Assembly (NCBI GenBank): GCA_039588295.1
Contig: JBDHAB010000007.1
Coordinates: forward strand, 162,307 to 226,306
Source: Gemmatimonadota bacterium
Lineage (GTDB): Bacteria > Gemmatimonadota > Gemmatimonadetes > Gemmatimonadales > GWC2-71-9
DNA length: 64,000 nt
Direction of reading: 5' to 3'
Part shown: positions 56,401 to 64,000 of the stretch, piece by piece
Layout: each line of letters begins with the position of its first letter
Position numbering within the stretch: the stretch's first letter is position 1
Program-made: the position numbers and the translations under genes
Notes under the pieces: model-generated
Told to the model about the DNA's origin: nothing
Seen by the model: the letters and a program-made list of their open reading frames with translations, nothing else
Databases searched by the model: none

Positions 56401-56747
56401 GCGGCGGTTCCGCGCCAGACGCACGAAGGCACGTCACCGTGAGGTGCCCCCGGTCCCAATAGCGGAGGAGTTTCTGCGTTCCGACCAGCGTTGTCCGTTG
56501 GTCGATCGCAACTCACTCGTGTCCTACGTGCGGGCTGTCCCCTGCGCGCGCGGAGTCACATCTCCGACACTACCCACCAACGGTTCCGCCGCGCCTCGGT
56601 ACGTTGATACTCGCTATCACGGTCCCGCAGCGCGAAAGCGACGCGCGGGGAAGGGGTGATGATCGTGCGATGCTCGACGGTGCATATTGTGTGCATGCGA
56701 GCGGAGGGATTTGGCCAGGCTCGGCACCTGGTCGCATCATTCTCGAA

Positions 56748-57884
56748 ATGTCCACGTTGATGCTAAAGAGCAATCGCGGTCGCGTGAGACGGATAGCGAT
56801 CGTTCTGGTCGCGTCCGCTCTCGTGCTGCGCTGCGAGACGGCGCAGGACGTCGTGCCACCGGAGCTGGAAGAGCTTGCCCCCGGATTTCCCTATGCTTCC
56901 TGGTTTGCCGAACACACCGGCTTCGACCCAGTTCCCGCCGATTTCGGCGTGTACACGATGCTACCGCTGGCGGGCACGCTGTATCTGGGATTCGGCGCGG
57001 GTTTACCGGCGGCCGCCAACGGCGCGCTGCTGGCCGCGTTCGACGATGAGGGCATCCGGCCGGTGGCGCCGCTGCACGAGCAAGGCATGCTCGACATGGC
57101 GACTGGTCAAGGGATGCTGCTCATACCCGGTGTGGATCCATGCTGCCCGGATGGGTGGGAAGCCGGCAACTTCTACACCTACGCGGCCTCCGCTGGACTG
57201 ACGAAATGGCGCAACCTTCCCAATGTGCTCCATGCCTGGGGTGTCTGGCACGACGCAGCCGATAATGCGGTCTACGTCGCCGCCAGCTCGCACCGCGGCG
57301 ACTTCACAGGCTCAGTCGGCGAGATCTGGCGGACCGTAGATCTGGGTGCGCACTGGGCGCGACTCGCCAACGACGATGACGGTGTCGGGGACTATCGCAC
57401 GTACGATGTTCTGGGGCACCGGGGTCGGCTTTACGCAACGAGCGCCGAGAGTCGAAACTCGTGTACGCTCGTGGCGCAACCGGAGGTCGGAACCGCCTGG
57501 ATGCCCGTGCTACCCGACGAGCGGGTTGCCTGTCATCACCGCTTGGTGTCCTTTGGCGATGCGCTCATCGCGGTGGACTCCACTCGTCGCAGGCTCCACG
57601 TCGTGACAGGGCCGGGGGATGTGTTGCAGCGCGAGCTACCGTTCACCACAGGCGAAACGAGCCCAAACTGGGCCACGGTGGCGGGCGCCTATCTTTACGC
57701 TCTTTCGAGCGATGGGCGGATCCTGCTCACCCGGGATCTGGCGGTGTGGGAAACCGTAGCCGAGATGGATCAGGAGTTCTTGACCATCCAATACTGGCCG
57801 CAGAGGAGCTGGCTCGTGCTCGCCAGTCGCGGTGCAAACGGCGCGTTGTGGAAGCTCGAACTGTGCGGCGCGGCCCCGTGTTGA
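56748..57884 (+). CDS. Hypothetical exported protein, probable beta-propeller (possible lipoprotein)
   Basis: Basic and hydrophobic N-terminus ending LVLRC; Asp-box-like TVDLGAHW and TRDLAVW. Confidence 0.65.
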   Translation: MSTLMLKSNRGRVRRIAIVLVASALVLRCETAQDVVPPELEELAPGFPYASWFAEHTGFDPVPADFGVYTMLPLAGTLYLGFGAGLPAAANGALLAAFDDEGIRPVAPLHEQGMLDMATGQGMLLIPGVDPCCPDGWEAGNFYTYAASAGLTKWRNLPNVLHAWGVWHDAADNAVYVAASSHRGDFTGSVGEIWRTVDLGAHWARLANDDDGVGDYRTYDVLGHRGRLYATSAESRNSCTLVAQPEVGTAWMPVLPDERVACHHRLVSFGDALIAVDSTRRRLHVVTGPGDVLQRELPFTTGETSPNWATVAGAYLYALSSDGRILLTRDLAVWETVAEMDQEFLTIQYWPQRSWLVLASRGANGALWKLELCGAAPC

Positions 57885-58153
57885 GACTCGTGCTTGCCGT
57901 CCGAGCTTGCTGCTGAACGGGAGGGCGCCGTCAAACGCGAAGCTTGGAGAGCGCCGCCAAACACGAAGCTCGGCCCTCAAGGCTGAGAAACTCGCTGGCC
58001 TTCCCACACAGCAGCCTCACTGTGGCATGCCCTCCGACGCGGTTGGGCGACGGCCCGTCAGGACATGAGTCCGGCAGATGTGGCCAGGGCCGGAGGATGC
58101 GCTGTGACGACAAGGCGCAGGCCTGTGTTATTTTGTTGCAGTCGTCAGACTTC

Positions 58154-58226
58154 GGGGCGGTAGCTCAGCTGGGAGAGCATCGGCTTTGCAAGCCGGGGGT
58201 CGTGGGTTCGAATCCCATCCGCTCCA
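58154..58226 (+). tRNA. tRNA-Ala (anticodon TGC), CCA not encoded
   Basis: Cloverleaf: acceptor GGGGCGG/CCGCTCC with G3:U70, D arm GCTC/GAGC, anticodon loop TTTGCAA (TGC at 58187-58189), T loop TTCGAAT, discriminator A. Confidence 0.97.
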
Positions 58227-58293
58227 CTGGGGAAAACTTGCCTCTCGCGGACCATTGTAACAGATTTTGTAACAAACGGTCCAGGGGGGGACA

Positions 58294-59484
58294 ATGCCGC
58301 GCCGCCGAAAGTCCCGTATCTACTGGCGGAACGGGTGGGCCTGGGGGGACTTCCGCGATTTCGCCGATGTTGGAGGACGGCAGGAATCGTTGAGGACGCA
58401 GGACCCCGACACCGCCAACGCCCTCGCCAACGAACGCCTCGCCGAGCTCTTCGAGGCTCGGAAGTTCCGTAACGTTACCGGCCTCAAGGCCAACGCCACG
58501 CTCGCCGACTACGCCCGCCGTCACCTCGAAGAGAAGGCGGCACACGAAGACGTCACCGACGGGTGGCTCACCGCGCTCGAGCGGTACTTGGATGAGGCGT
58601 GTGAGTACTTCGGTTCTGAACGACCGCTCACCATGATTCGCGTGAGTGACGTCAAGCGGTGGATTGCCCACCTCAAGAAGCAGGGTCTTTCGGGTGGGAC
58701 CATCCACCATTACCTGAACGCCGTGTCGAATCTGTACCGGGGGGCAGGGGACGCCGAAGTCGTGCCCGCTGGCTACAACCCGGTGGCGGCATTGAGTCGG
58801 AAGCCGAAGCACAAGCGAAGCGAGGCGCGGTTCTATGAGCACCATTGGGCCGCGTTGTTACTTGAAGGTGCCCGCCTCTACAAGCCGCAGGGGCAACGCT
58901 TGCCGTTCATGTTTCCGCTCGTCGCCACGTTCCTGCTCACGGGCGGGCGACGTTCGGAAGTGCTCGGCCTCGAGGTCGAAGACGTGAGCTTCGACCGCAA
59001 GACGGTGTGGTTCCGGTCCAACACGGTTCGCCGTCTGAAAACTGAGAAGTCTAACCGCGTGGTGCCGTTGTGGCCGCAATTGAAGGACATCCTCGGCGAG
59101 TATATCGCCACCCGCCCACCGTCACGGCTCTTGTTCCCCGTGTTCCCAAATGGCACCGAACAGATGGTGACCGACCTGCGGAAGGCATTCAATGCCCTGG
59201 GGAGCTTCATCAAGTACGAGCGCACGTCGAATCTGGCCCCACCTAAGATTCACGCCCAAGCCTTCCGCAACACGTATTGTACAGTGCGCTTGCAGACACT
59301 CGACAATGGCGCACCGGTGAGCGTGTACACTGTGGCCCGAGAGATGGGACACGGTTCGACGTCGATGGTCGAGCGCATCTACGGTCACCTTGGCGAAGTG
59401 CGCCACCGTGCTGATATCGTGGAGTATCGCGTTGAGGACTTCAGGGACGAATTGAAGGGCCGACTGACAGCGCTTGGGATGTGA
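58294..59484 (+). CDS. int: Tyrosine recombinase / phage integrase
   Basis: TGGRRSE (R), LKT (K), QAFRNTY (box II variant), MGH and IYGH (Y); SAM-like domain LSGGTIHHYLNAVS. Confidence 0.93.
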   Translation: MPRRRKSRIYWRNGWAWGDFRDFADVGGRQESLRTQDPDTANALANERLAELFEARKFRNVTGLKANATLADYARRHLEEKAAHEDVTDGWLTALERYLDEACEYFGSERPLTMIRVSDVKRWIAHLKKQGLSGGTIHHYLNAVSNLYRGAGDAEVVPAGYNPVAALSRKPKHKRSEARFYEHHWAALLLEGARLYKPQGQRLPFMFPLVATFLLTGGRRSEVLGLEVEDVSFDRKTVWFRSNTVRRLKTEKSNRVVPLWPQLKDILGEYIATRPPSRLLFPVFPNGTEQMVTDLRKAFNALGSFIKYERTSNLAPPKIHAQAFRNTYCTVRLQTLDNGAPVSVYTVAREMGHGSTSMVERIYGHLGEVRHRADIVEYRVEDFRDELKGRLTALGM

Positions 59485-60620
59485 CATTCATGGGCTCTCT
59501 GGGGTTGTCCTTCCATCGCCAAGCTGACCGATACCTGCGACTCGCAGAACCTGCTGGAGCCATCATCTACTCGGGGATGTTTGTGGGCGGTGAGCAGATG
59601 TGTCCGCGATGTACTTGGGGCGGCATGCTGGACTACTGGGTTGAGGCGAGCGGCGTTCGTCCCTTCGACCCACGCACAAAGATGATGGGTTGGGATAAGT
59701 GGAAGTGGTGGTTGCATTTCGTTTGGGGTTATGCGGACAAGATTTGGGATGGGGTACATCCGCAGCTAGCCGGGGAGTATCAGAAGCATCTCGCGAATCC
59801 GGGAATAGCTGCGTTCGCGAAGTCGCTATGGCGCTGGAAGCTCATAGAGTCGGGCCTCTGGCTTGCCCAAGAACGGCGGTATGGCTTTTCGCAACACGAG
59901 CGCGTATGGCCTTTGGCTTCCGAAGTTGAACCTGAGCACGAGTTCGCCGCCTATGCTTTCGAGGCCTACCATGCAGTGAAACTGGCTTTGCCAGTGCTCA
60001 GCGATGCATCGTTCGACGAACTCTTCCGCTGGGCTCTGACTAACTCGCTCTGTTCGTACTTTGCTCATCCCGTTCCCAGCAAACTCTGGCGAACACTTCT
60101 CCCGGCCTTGCGGGAGGAAGCCGAGCAAATGGAGACAGACCCCAGGGACGCGCTACGCCAGGCAGTCGAGGAAGCGCTCGTGACGCTACACGTGCCGCCT
60201 GACTACCGCGTTGGATACCTGCTCAAGTTGGCTAGGCCGCACGTCGTGCGGTCTGTCATGGAGCGCTTTTTGGGCGAGGAGTTCGACGCCGAGCACGGTG
60301 TCCGGAAGAAATACGGATTCGCCCCCCGGCATGAGGACGAATGGCTCTCGGTAGAAGTCGAAGCGTTTGCTCGAGGAGAAGAACGAATCTCCCGTGCTGA
60401 ACGCCGCATGGATAGCCTCAGGGCCCGCACGCAGCTGACTGACTACCAGTATGAAGCCCTACTCGCCAAGTATGGAAAGACCATCCAGCCCACAGCGGAA
60501 CGGTTGGGCAAGAAGGCTGGTGCCGTCCACAAGTGCGCCTTTGACGCCGAGGCGAAAGTGCGGCGGTGGGTTGAACGGTTTGGCGTCCGGCTCACCGATT
60601 TGGACAACCCCTCACCGTAG
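59481..60620 (+). CDS. Hypothetical protein with C-terminal sigma70 region-4-like HTH
   Basis: GTGA overlap with int; LTDYQYEALL...TAERLGKKAGAVHK...AEAKVRR. Confidence 0.6.
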   Translation: MTFMGSLGLSFHRQADRYLRLAEPAGAIIYSGMFVGGEQMCPRCTWGGMLDYWVEASGVRPFDPRTKMMGWDKWKWWLHFVWGYADKIWDGVHPQLAGEYQKHLANPGIAAFAKSLWRWKLIESGLWLAQERRYGFSQHERVWPLASEVEPEHEFAAYAFEAYHAVKLALPVLSDASFDELFRWALTNSLCSYFAHPVPSKLWRTLLPALREEAEQMETDPRDALRQAVEEALVTLHVPPDYRVGYLLKLARPHVVRSVMERFLGEEFDAEHGVRKKYGFAPRHEDEWLSVEVEAFARGEERISRAERRMDSLRARTQLTDYQYEALLAKYGKTIQPTAERLGKKAGAVHKCAFDAEAKVRRWVERFGVRLTDLDNPSP

Positions 60621-60705
60621 GGCGTAAGGCTCCGACGATTTAGACCAGTGGACCCCGCAGAACGAACGCCGGGGGGAACTCGAGTCAAACTTGTCGGAGG
60701 TTCAA

Positions 60706-60909
60706 ATGGTCGCATTCGTTGCTCTCTACCGAGGGCCGACACTTTCCCAGGCAGAACTGGTCAGCGTGTCCATTCGTCGCGACCTCATCGAAAAGGCCGT
60801 GGACGTCATGCTCGATGAGCAGCGTAAGTCGGAGGACCCCGTGGCCGACGCGCTCGGTAGGGGTCGCTCGCGGGCGCTGGAAATCGTGCGCGAGGAGTTG
60901 GACGTATGA
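60706..60909 (+). CDS. Small hypothetical protein
   Basis: RBS GGAGGT; stop overlaps the next ATG. Confidence 0.65.
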   Translation: MVAFVALYRGPTLSQAELVSVSIRRDLIEKAVDVMLDEQRKSEDPVADALGRGRSRALEIVREELDV

Positions 60910-61592
60910 CCAGCCGACCGGAGCGCCCACCACCGACGGCGCGACGGGTCGTAAACGCCAGCAGCGTCCTTACCGAGTCTGAAAAACGCATCTGGCTCGA
61001 GATTCACTATCTCGACGGCGGGACCGAGGGCTGCACGCTGCGCCCCGATACGTTCGCCCGTCGGCTCGGACTGCAACGGGACACCATTAGGAAAGGTCGC
61101 CACCGTCTAAAAGCGTGGGAGCTCGTGAGCAGTCGGCCGCGCAGAGGATACACGGACGCATGGTTCGCTACGCTACCCGCCGCGCTCATTCCAAAGGCTC
61201 GCGGGCCGAAAGACGCGACCATCTTTGAACTCGCGGACGCGCTCGATAACTACCTGCGGCAAGCCCAACCTGGGGCATCCTCATCCCCCAAGACGGACGC
61301 CAACCTGGGGGGCGTACATCCACCAGAATTTGAAAACCTGGGGGATGAAACGGGCAAACCTGGGGTATCCAGCACCCCCACCGTAGTAGAACAGACGAGA
61401 ACAGAACTCCGTCCTAGAACGGCGAAGGACGGAGGTACATCCGTACAAACGGCGAGAACAGATAACAGCGTATCCCAGGAAGGCGAGACGGAACGCCCAG
61501 ACTGGCGCACCGCATGGGAACGGGGCGGCGGTAAGCGGTTGAAGGTGGCGGCGGACAAAGACGGCAAGGTGGTGCGCTGGCCTACAGCCTGA
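60906..61592 (+). CDS. Putative replication initiator with N-terminal winged HTH
   Basis: LTESEKRIW...FARRLGLQRDTIRKGRHRLKAWELV; internal iteron-like repeats. Confidence 0.6.
   Translation: MTSRPERPPPTARRVVNASSVLTESEKRIWLEIHYLDGGTEGCTLRPDTFARRLGLQRDTIRKGRHRLKAWELVSSRPRRGYTDAWFATLPAALIPKARGPKDATIFELADALDNYLRQAQPGASSSPKTDANLGGVHPPEFENLGDETGKPGVSSTPTVVEQTRTELRPRTAKDGGTSVQTARTDNSVSQEGETERPDWRTAWERGGGKRLKVAADKDGKVVRWPTA
61267..61365 (+). repeat. Four AACCTGGGG direct repeats (iteron-like)
   Basis: Copies start at 61267, 61302, 61335 and 61357. Confidence 0.75.
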
Positions 61593-61789
61593 CCGCCCCC
61601 GATAGGGCGACACACCCCCCCTGCACACCCTCCCTACGTGACACGGTGCGTGACACGGCCGTGTAACCCCTTGCACGACAACGTCTGACCGCGGCTGCGC
61701 GGGCCTACGTGCCACCGAGCAGAAGTTGGGACGCAAGTAGGGAGGGGGGACGTAAGGTCTAGACGATTTAGAAGGGTGAAGGGAGCGAT

Positions 61790-62152
61790 ATGGACGCCTT
61801 CACCCGCTTACAGACTCTCTGCGACACGTTGCCACCTGAGGCGAGTGTCACCGTCCCCGTTGCCACGCTGCGCCAGTGGCTTGCGCTCGAAGGTGACGCG
61901 CCCTGTGCCGACCTGACGGTCACCGATGTGGCTGAACAGTTGAACCGCAGCCCGTCCACGGTGCGCCACTGGATTCGGCGTGGCGAACTCGACACGTACC
62001 GACTAAACGGCCGTGAGCACCGCATCACCCGCGCAGCGCTCGGTGGATTCCTTGAGCGCCAGCGCACCCAGACCCCTCCCACGCCCAAACAACGCACCAC
62101 AGGCGATTCTCGGCCGAATCTCGGCGCGTGGCGGCGCGTGAGGCGGAAGTAG
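61790..62152 (+). CDS. Excisionase-like helix-turn-helix DNA-binding protein (HTH_17)
   Basis: LTVTDVAEQLNRSPSTVRHWIRRGEL...HRI; RBS GGGAG. Confidence 0.85.
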   Translation: MDAFTRLQTLCDTLPPEASVTVPVATLRQWLALEGDAPCADLTVTDVAEQLNRSPSTVRHWIRRGELDTYRLNGREHRITRAALGGFLERQRTQTPPTPKQRTTGDSRPNLGAWRRVRRK

Positions 62153-62404
62153 CGTAGGCGTTCGACCACAGCCTGCAGTGCACTGATCTCTCGGTACGTC
62201 GCTGGGAAGCGACGCAGATAGAGCGGCTGCGCCGACACGGTTTTCCAGCAGTGCCGGTGAGACGCTCAAAGAGGCGCGCGGTGAAACAGCATCGGAGACC
62301 GTGGTGATGCTTGCACCACCAACAGGATCAGCGCGACTTCGGCTGCGACCAGATCGAGCAGGTTAGAAGCATCAAAGCTCAACGACGCATCGCTTGGAGG
62401 AATC

Positions 62405-62920
62405 ATGAGCATCAACCTACCAAAGGAGTCCGAAGGACTCGGACGGACAGCTGCCGGCCTCCCCTGGGGCCCCCCGCTCATCGCCCCCACGCCGGGGGTC
62501 AATGACGGTTCCGCAGCGCTGGTTGACGGGTTTACGCCCACGCGGTATGAACTCGCAGTTCTCGCCCAGCACTATGCAGAGAAGAAGAACCAGATCGATT
62601 TCCAGGTGTGGCAGGTGGCCCAAGTCGGGAGCAGCGAGTGGCGGTCTTCCGACTTCGCTGCTTTCCGCATGCATACCATTTTGCAATGTCTTGGCGACGC
62701 CGAGTTCGACGCCGTGGTCGGTCCGATTGATCAGGTGTGGCAGGACCGATACGCTGCAGCCGAGGAGGAATGTGTCCGTTGCACGCGGTGTGGGGTCCTT
62801 TTTACGGGGTCGCTGGACGACGCATGCCCCTCCTGCCACGTCGCCGACGCCGCCACCAAGGACCTGGACCCCTGGCGGTCGACGGTTCAGGTCGCCCCGC
62901 CCAATCCTCCAAGCAAGTAG
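62405..62920 (+). CDS. Hypothetical protein with C-terminal zinc ribbon
   Basis: RBS GGAGG; CTRC...CPSC. Confidence 0.65.
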   Translation: MSINLPKESEGLGRTAAGLPWGPPLIAPTPGVNDGSAALVDGFTPTRYELAVLAQHYAEKKNQIDFQVWQVAQVGSSEWRSSDFAAFRMHTILQCLGDAEFDAVVGPIDQVWQDRYAAAEEECVRCTRCGVLFTGSLDDACPSCHVADAATKDLDPWRSTVQVAPPNPPSK

Positions 62921-62930
62921 GTGCAACCGA

Positions 62931-62962
62931 AAGCCCCGAACGTCGCGTGACGCTCGGGGCTT
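62931..62962. terminator. Hairpin after the zinc-ribbon gene (copy 1 of a repeated palindrome)
   Basis: AAGCCCCGAACGTC-gcgt-GACGCTCGGGGCTT followed by CGTTCTT. Confidence 0.6.
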
Positions 62963-63149
62963 CGTTCTTACCCTAGTCGGCGACTACCGCTTCGCCTGCA
63001 ACGCATCACCTGCACGCCTCCGACACGCCACCATCGCAAGCTTCCCGAAAGAGGGAGGCAGCGCGGGCCTCGTCCTTCGGGACCCCAAGCCAACATCGTG
63101 TATGACGCCGAGGCTGTAGCAACCCTCCGCCTCTCAACGAGTCATGCGG

Positions 63150-63419
63150 TCACTTGCTCTTTTCGTCCTGCGATGCACGTCCGGCGGTGAGCAAGCGTTC
63201 TGCAAAGTCGAGGCGTTCCTGCACGTCGGCCAACTGTGCTCGTGTGTGTTCCTGCATGTCGGCCAGATCGTCACGCAGCGCATCGACCTCCCGTCCCAAC
63301 TCCGGATCGCTGCCTCGCGTCTCCAACTCTTTCTTCTTGAGCTTGAAACGGAGAATCATGGCCGTGAACACGATGATGCTCGGGAAGACAACAATAATGG
63401 CGACTATATCTTCCGTCAT
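63150..63419 (-). CDS. Small single-pass membrane protein with coiled coil
   Basis: RBS GAGGAGGAG; N-terminal TM; LADVQERLDFAERLL. Confidence 0.8.
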   Translation of the reverse strand: MTEDIVAIIVVFPSIIVFTAMILRFKLKKKELETRGSDPELGREVDALRDDLADMQEHTRAQLADVQERLDFAERLLTAGRASQDEKSK

Positions 63420-63824
63420 GATATCTCCTCCTCAAACTCTCGGAGGCGAGTGGGCAAGAAACCTTCGAGGTCTCGACTTGTTACGGTGGTCAGGTCAGTC
63501 CTTCTTCGCTGAACCCAAGATACACGGCTCGAAGGGTCCTCGACCATTCACAGGAGTGCCCCCCCACGCAAACGGCCCCGGCGAACCGGGGGGGTGCGCG
63601 TACGCCACCACGGAAGCCATGGTGACCGTGGGTGCCTTGGCTTGGGTAGCCGTTGGTCTACCTGCCCAAGTGCTTGGTGCGTGTCGGATTGCGGACGGCC
63701 TACCTTCGCACTGTGGGACGTAGGGTGGAACGGGGTCGAGAACACTAGTGGAACGGGGAGAGTCCACCATTGATGCTAAGAATTCTCCCCTAGCACCTAA
63801 GCGTCTTGGCGAAAGGACCGCCCC

Positions 63825-63853
63825 AAGCCCCGAACGCCGTGACGCTCGGGGCT
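63825..63853. repeat. Copy 2 of the repeated palindrome
   Basis: AAGCCCCGAACG-cc-GTGACGCTCGGGGCT, near-identical to 62931-62961. Confidence 0.7.
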
Positions 63854-63932
63854 CGGTGAGCTGCCGACTGCGCTTGTCAGACCCCTGGCGGCACCGAGCG
63901 TACACTCGCCGCCTCCAGCAGGAGACCGAGTG

Positions 63933-64000
63933 TCAGCGTTCCGGGCGTCTCACGTAGGCGAAGAGCATTCCCTCGTTGTTGAGGATGAGGGTATCGCCCT
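63933..64000 (-). CDS. Possible 3' end of a gene entering from the right
   Basis: Minus strand reads ..GDTLILNNEGMLFAYVRRPER-stop; too short to identify. Confidence 0.35.
   Translation of the reverse strand, partial: GDTLILNNEGMLFAYVRRPER

Larger units (their letters stand above)
58227..64000. mobile_element. tRNA-Ala-integrated genomic island or phage-satellite-like element; right boundary not found
   Basis: Integrase begins 67 nt after the tRNA 3' end, followed by rep-like and excisionase-like genes. Sequence is visibly less GC-rich. No repeat of the tRNA 3' end was seen before 64000. Confidence 0.72.

Noticed and set aside
58154..58226. tRNA-Ala(UGC) as part of an rRNA operon spacer
   Set aside because: No 16S, 23S or tRNA-Ile sequence flanks it. 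The ORFs crossing it (57944..58393, 58165..58845) are spurious.
63495..63905. Minus-strand 136-aa ORF and overlapping ORFs near the right end
   Set aside because: There is no RBS or recognisable motif, and the ORF runs across the palindromic repeat.
58227..64000. attR copy of the tRNA 3' end
   Set aside because: Searched by eye for TTCGAATCCCATCCGCTCCA and sub-strings and found none, so the island end is not called.

Overview
High-GC bacterial window. The gene set suggests a Gemmatimonadota-like organism, which is an inference only. From left to right: (1) 1-12.4 kb, a carbohydrate/peptide uptake and catabolism-like block (GH38 mannosidase fragment, Dpp/Opp-type permeases and binding protein, GHMP kinase, heparinase II/III-like lyase, TrmJ, class III aminotransferase, two amidohydrolases). 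(2) 12.6-19.9 kb, an alternative complex III operon actABCDEF, then xdhC. (3) 21-25 kb, a VIT/vWA protein, ECF sigma and zinc anti-sigma operon. (4) 26.5-33 kb, a candidate sphingolipid locus: serine palmitoyltransferase, bCerS-like GNAT, CerR-like reductase and an AUR1/IPC-synthase-like PAP2, flanked by an NPP phosphodiesterase and a second PAP2. (5) 33-57.9 kb, secreted or surface proteins: an M6 protease with a dockerin-like tail and a coupled cohesin-like lipoprotein, an Ig/HEXXH lipoprotein, SulP/ArsR, M28, two VPS10/BNR proteins, GGT, and a 13-repeat beta-propeller lipoprotein followed by an orphan lasso/RRE-type RiPP precursor. (6) From 58.15 kb, tRNA-Ala(UGC) and an integrated satellite-like element with an integrase, a sigma-like protein, an iteron-containing HTH initiator, an excisionase and shared cis-motifs. 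All calls come from motif reading by eye; no database search was run.
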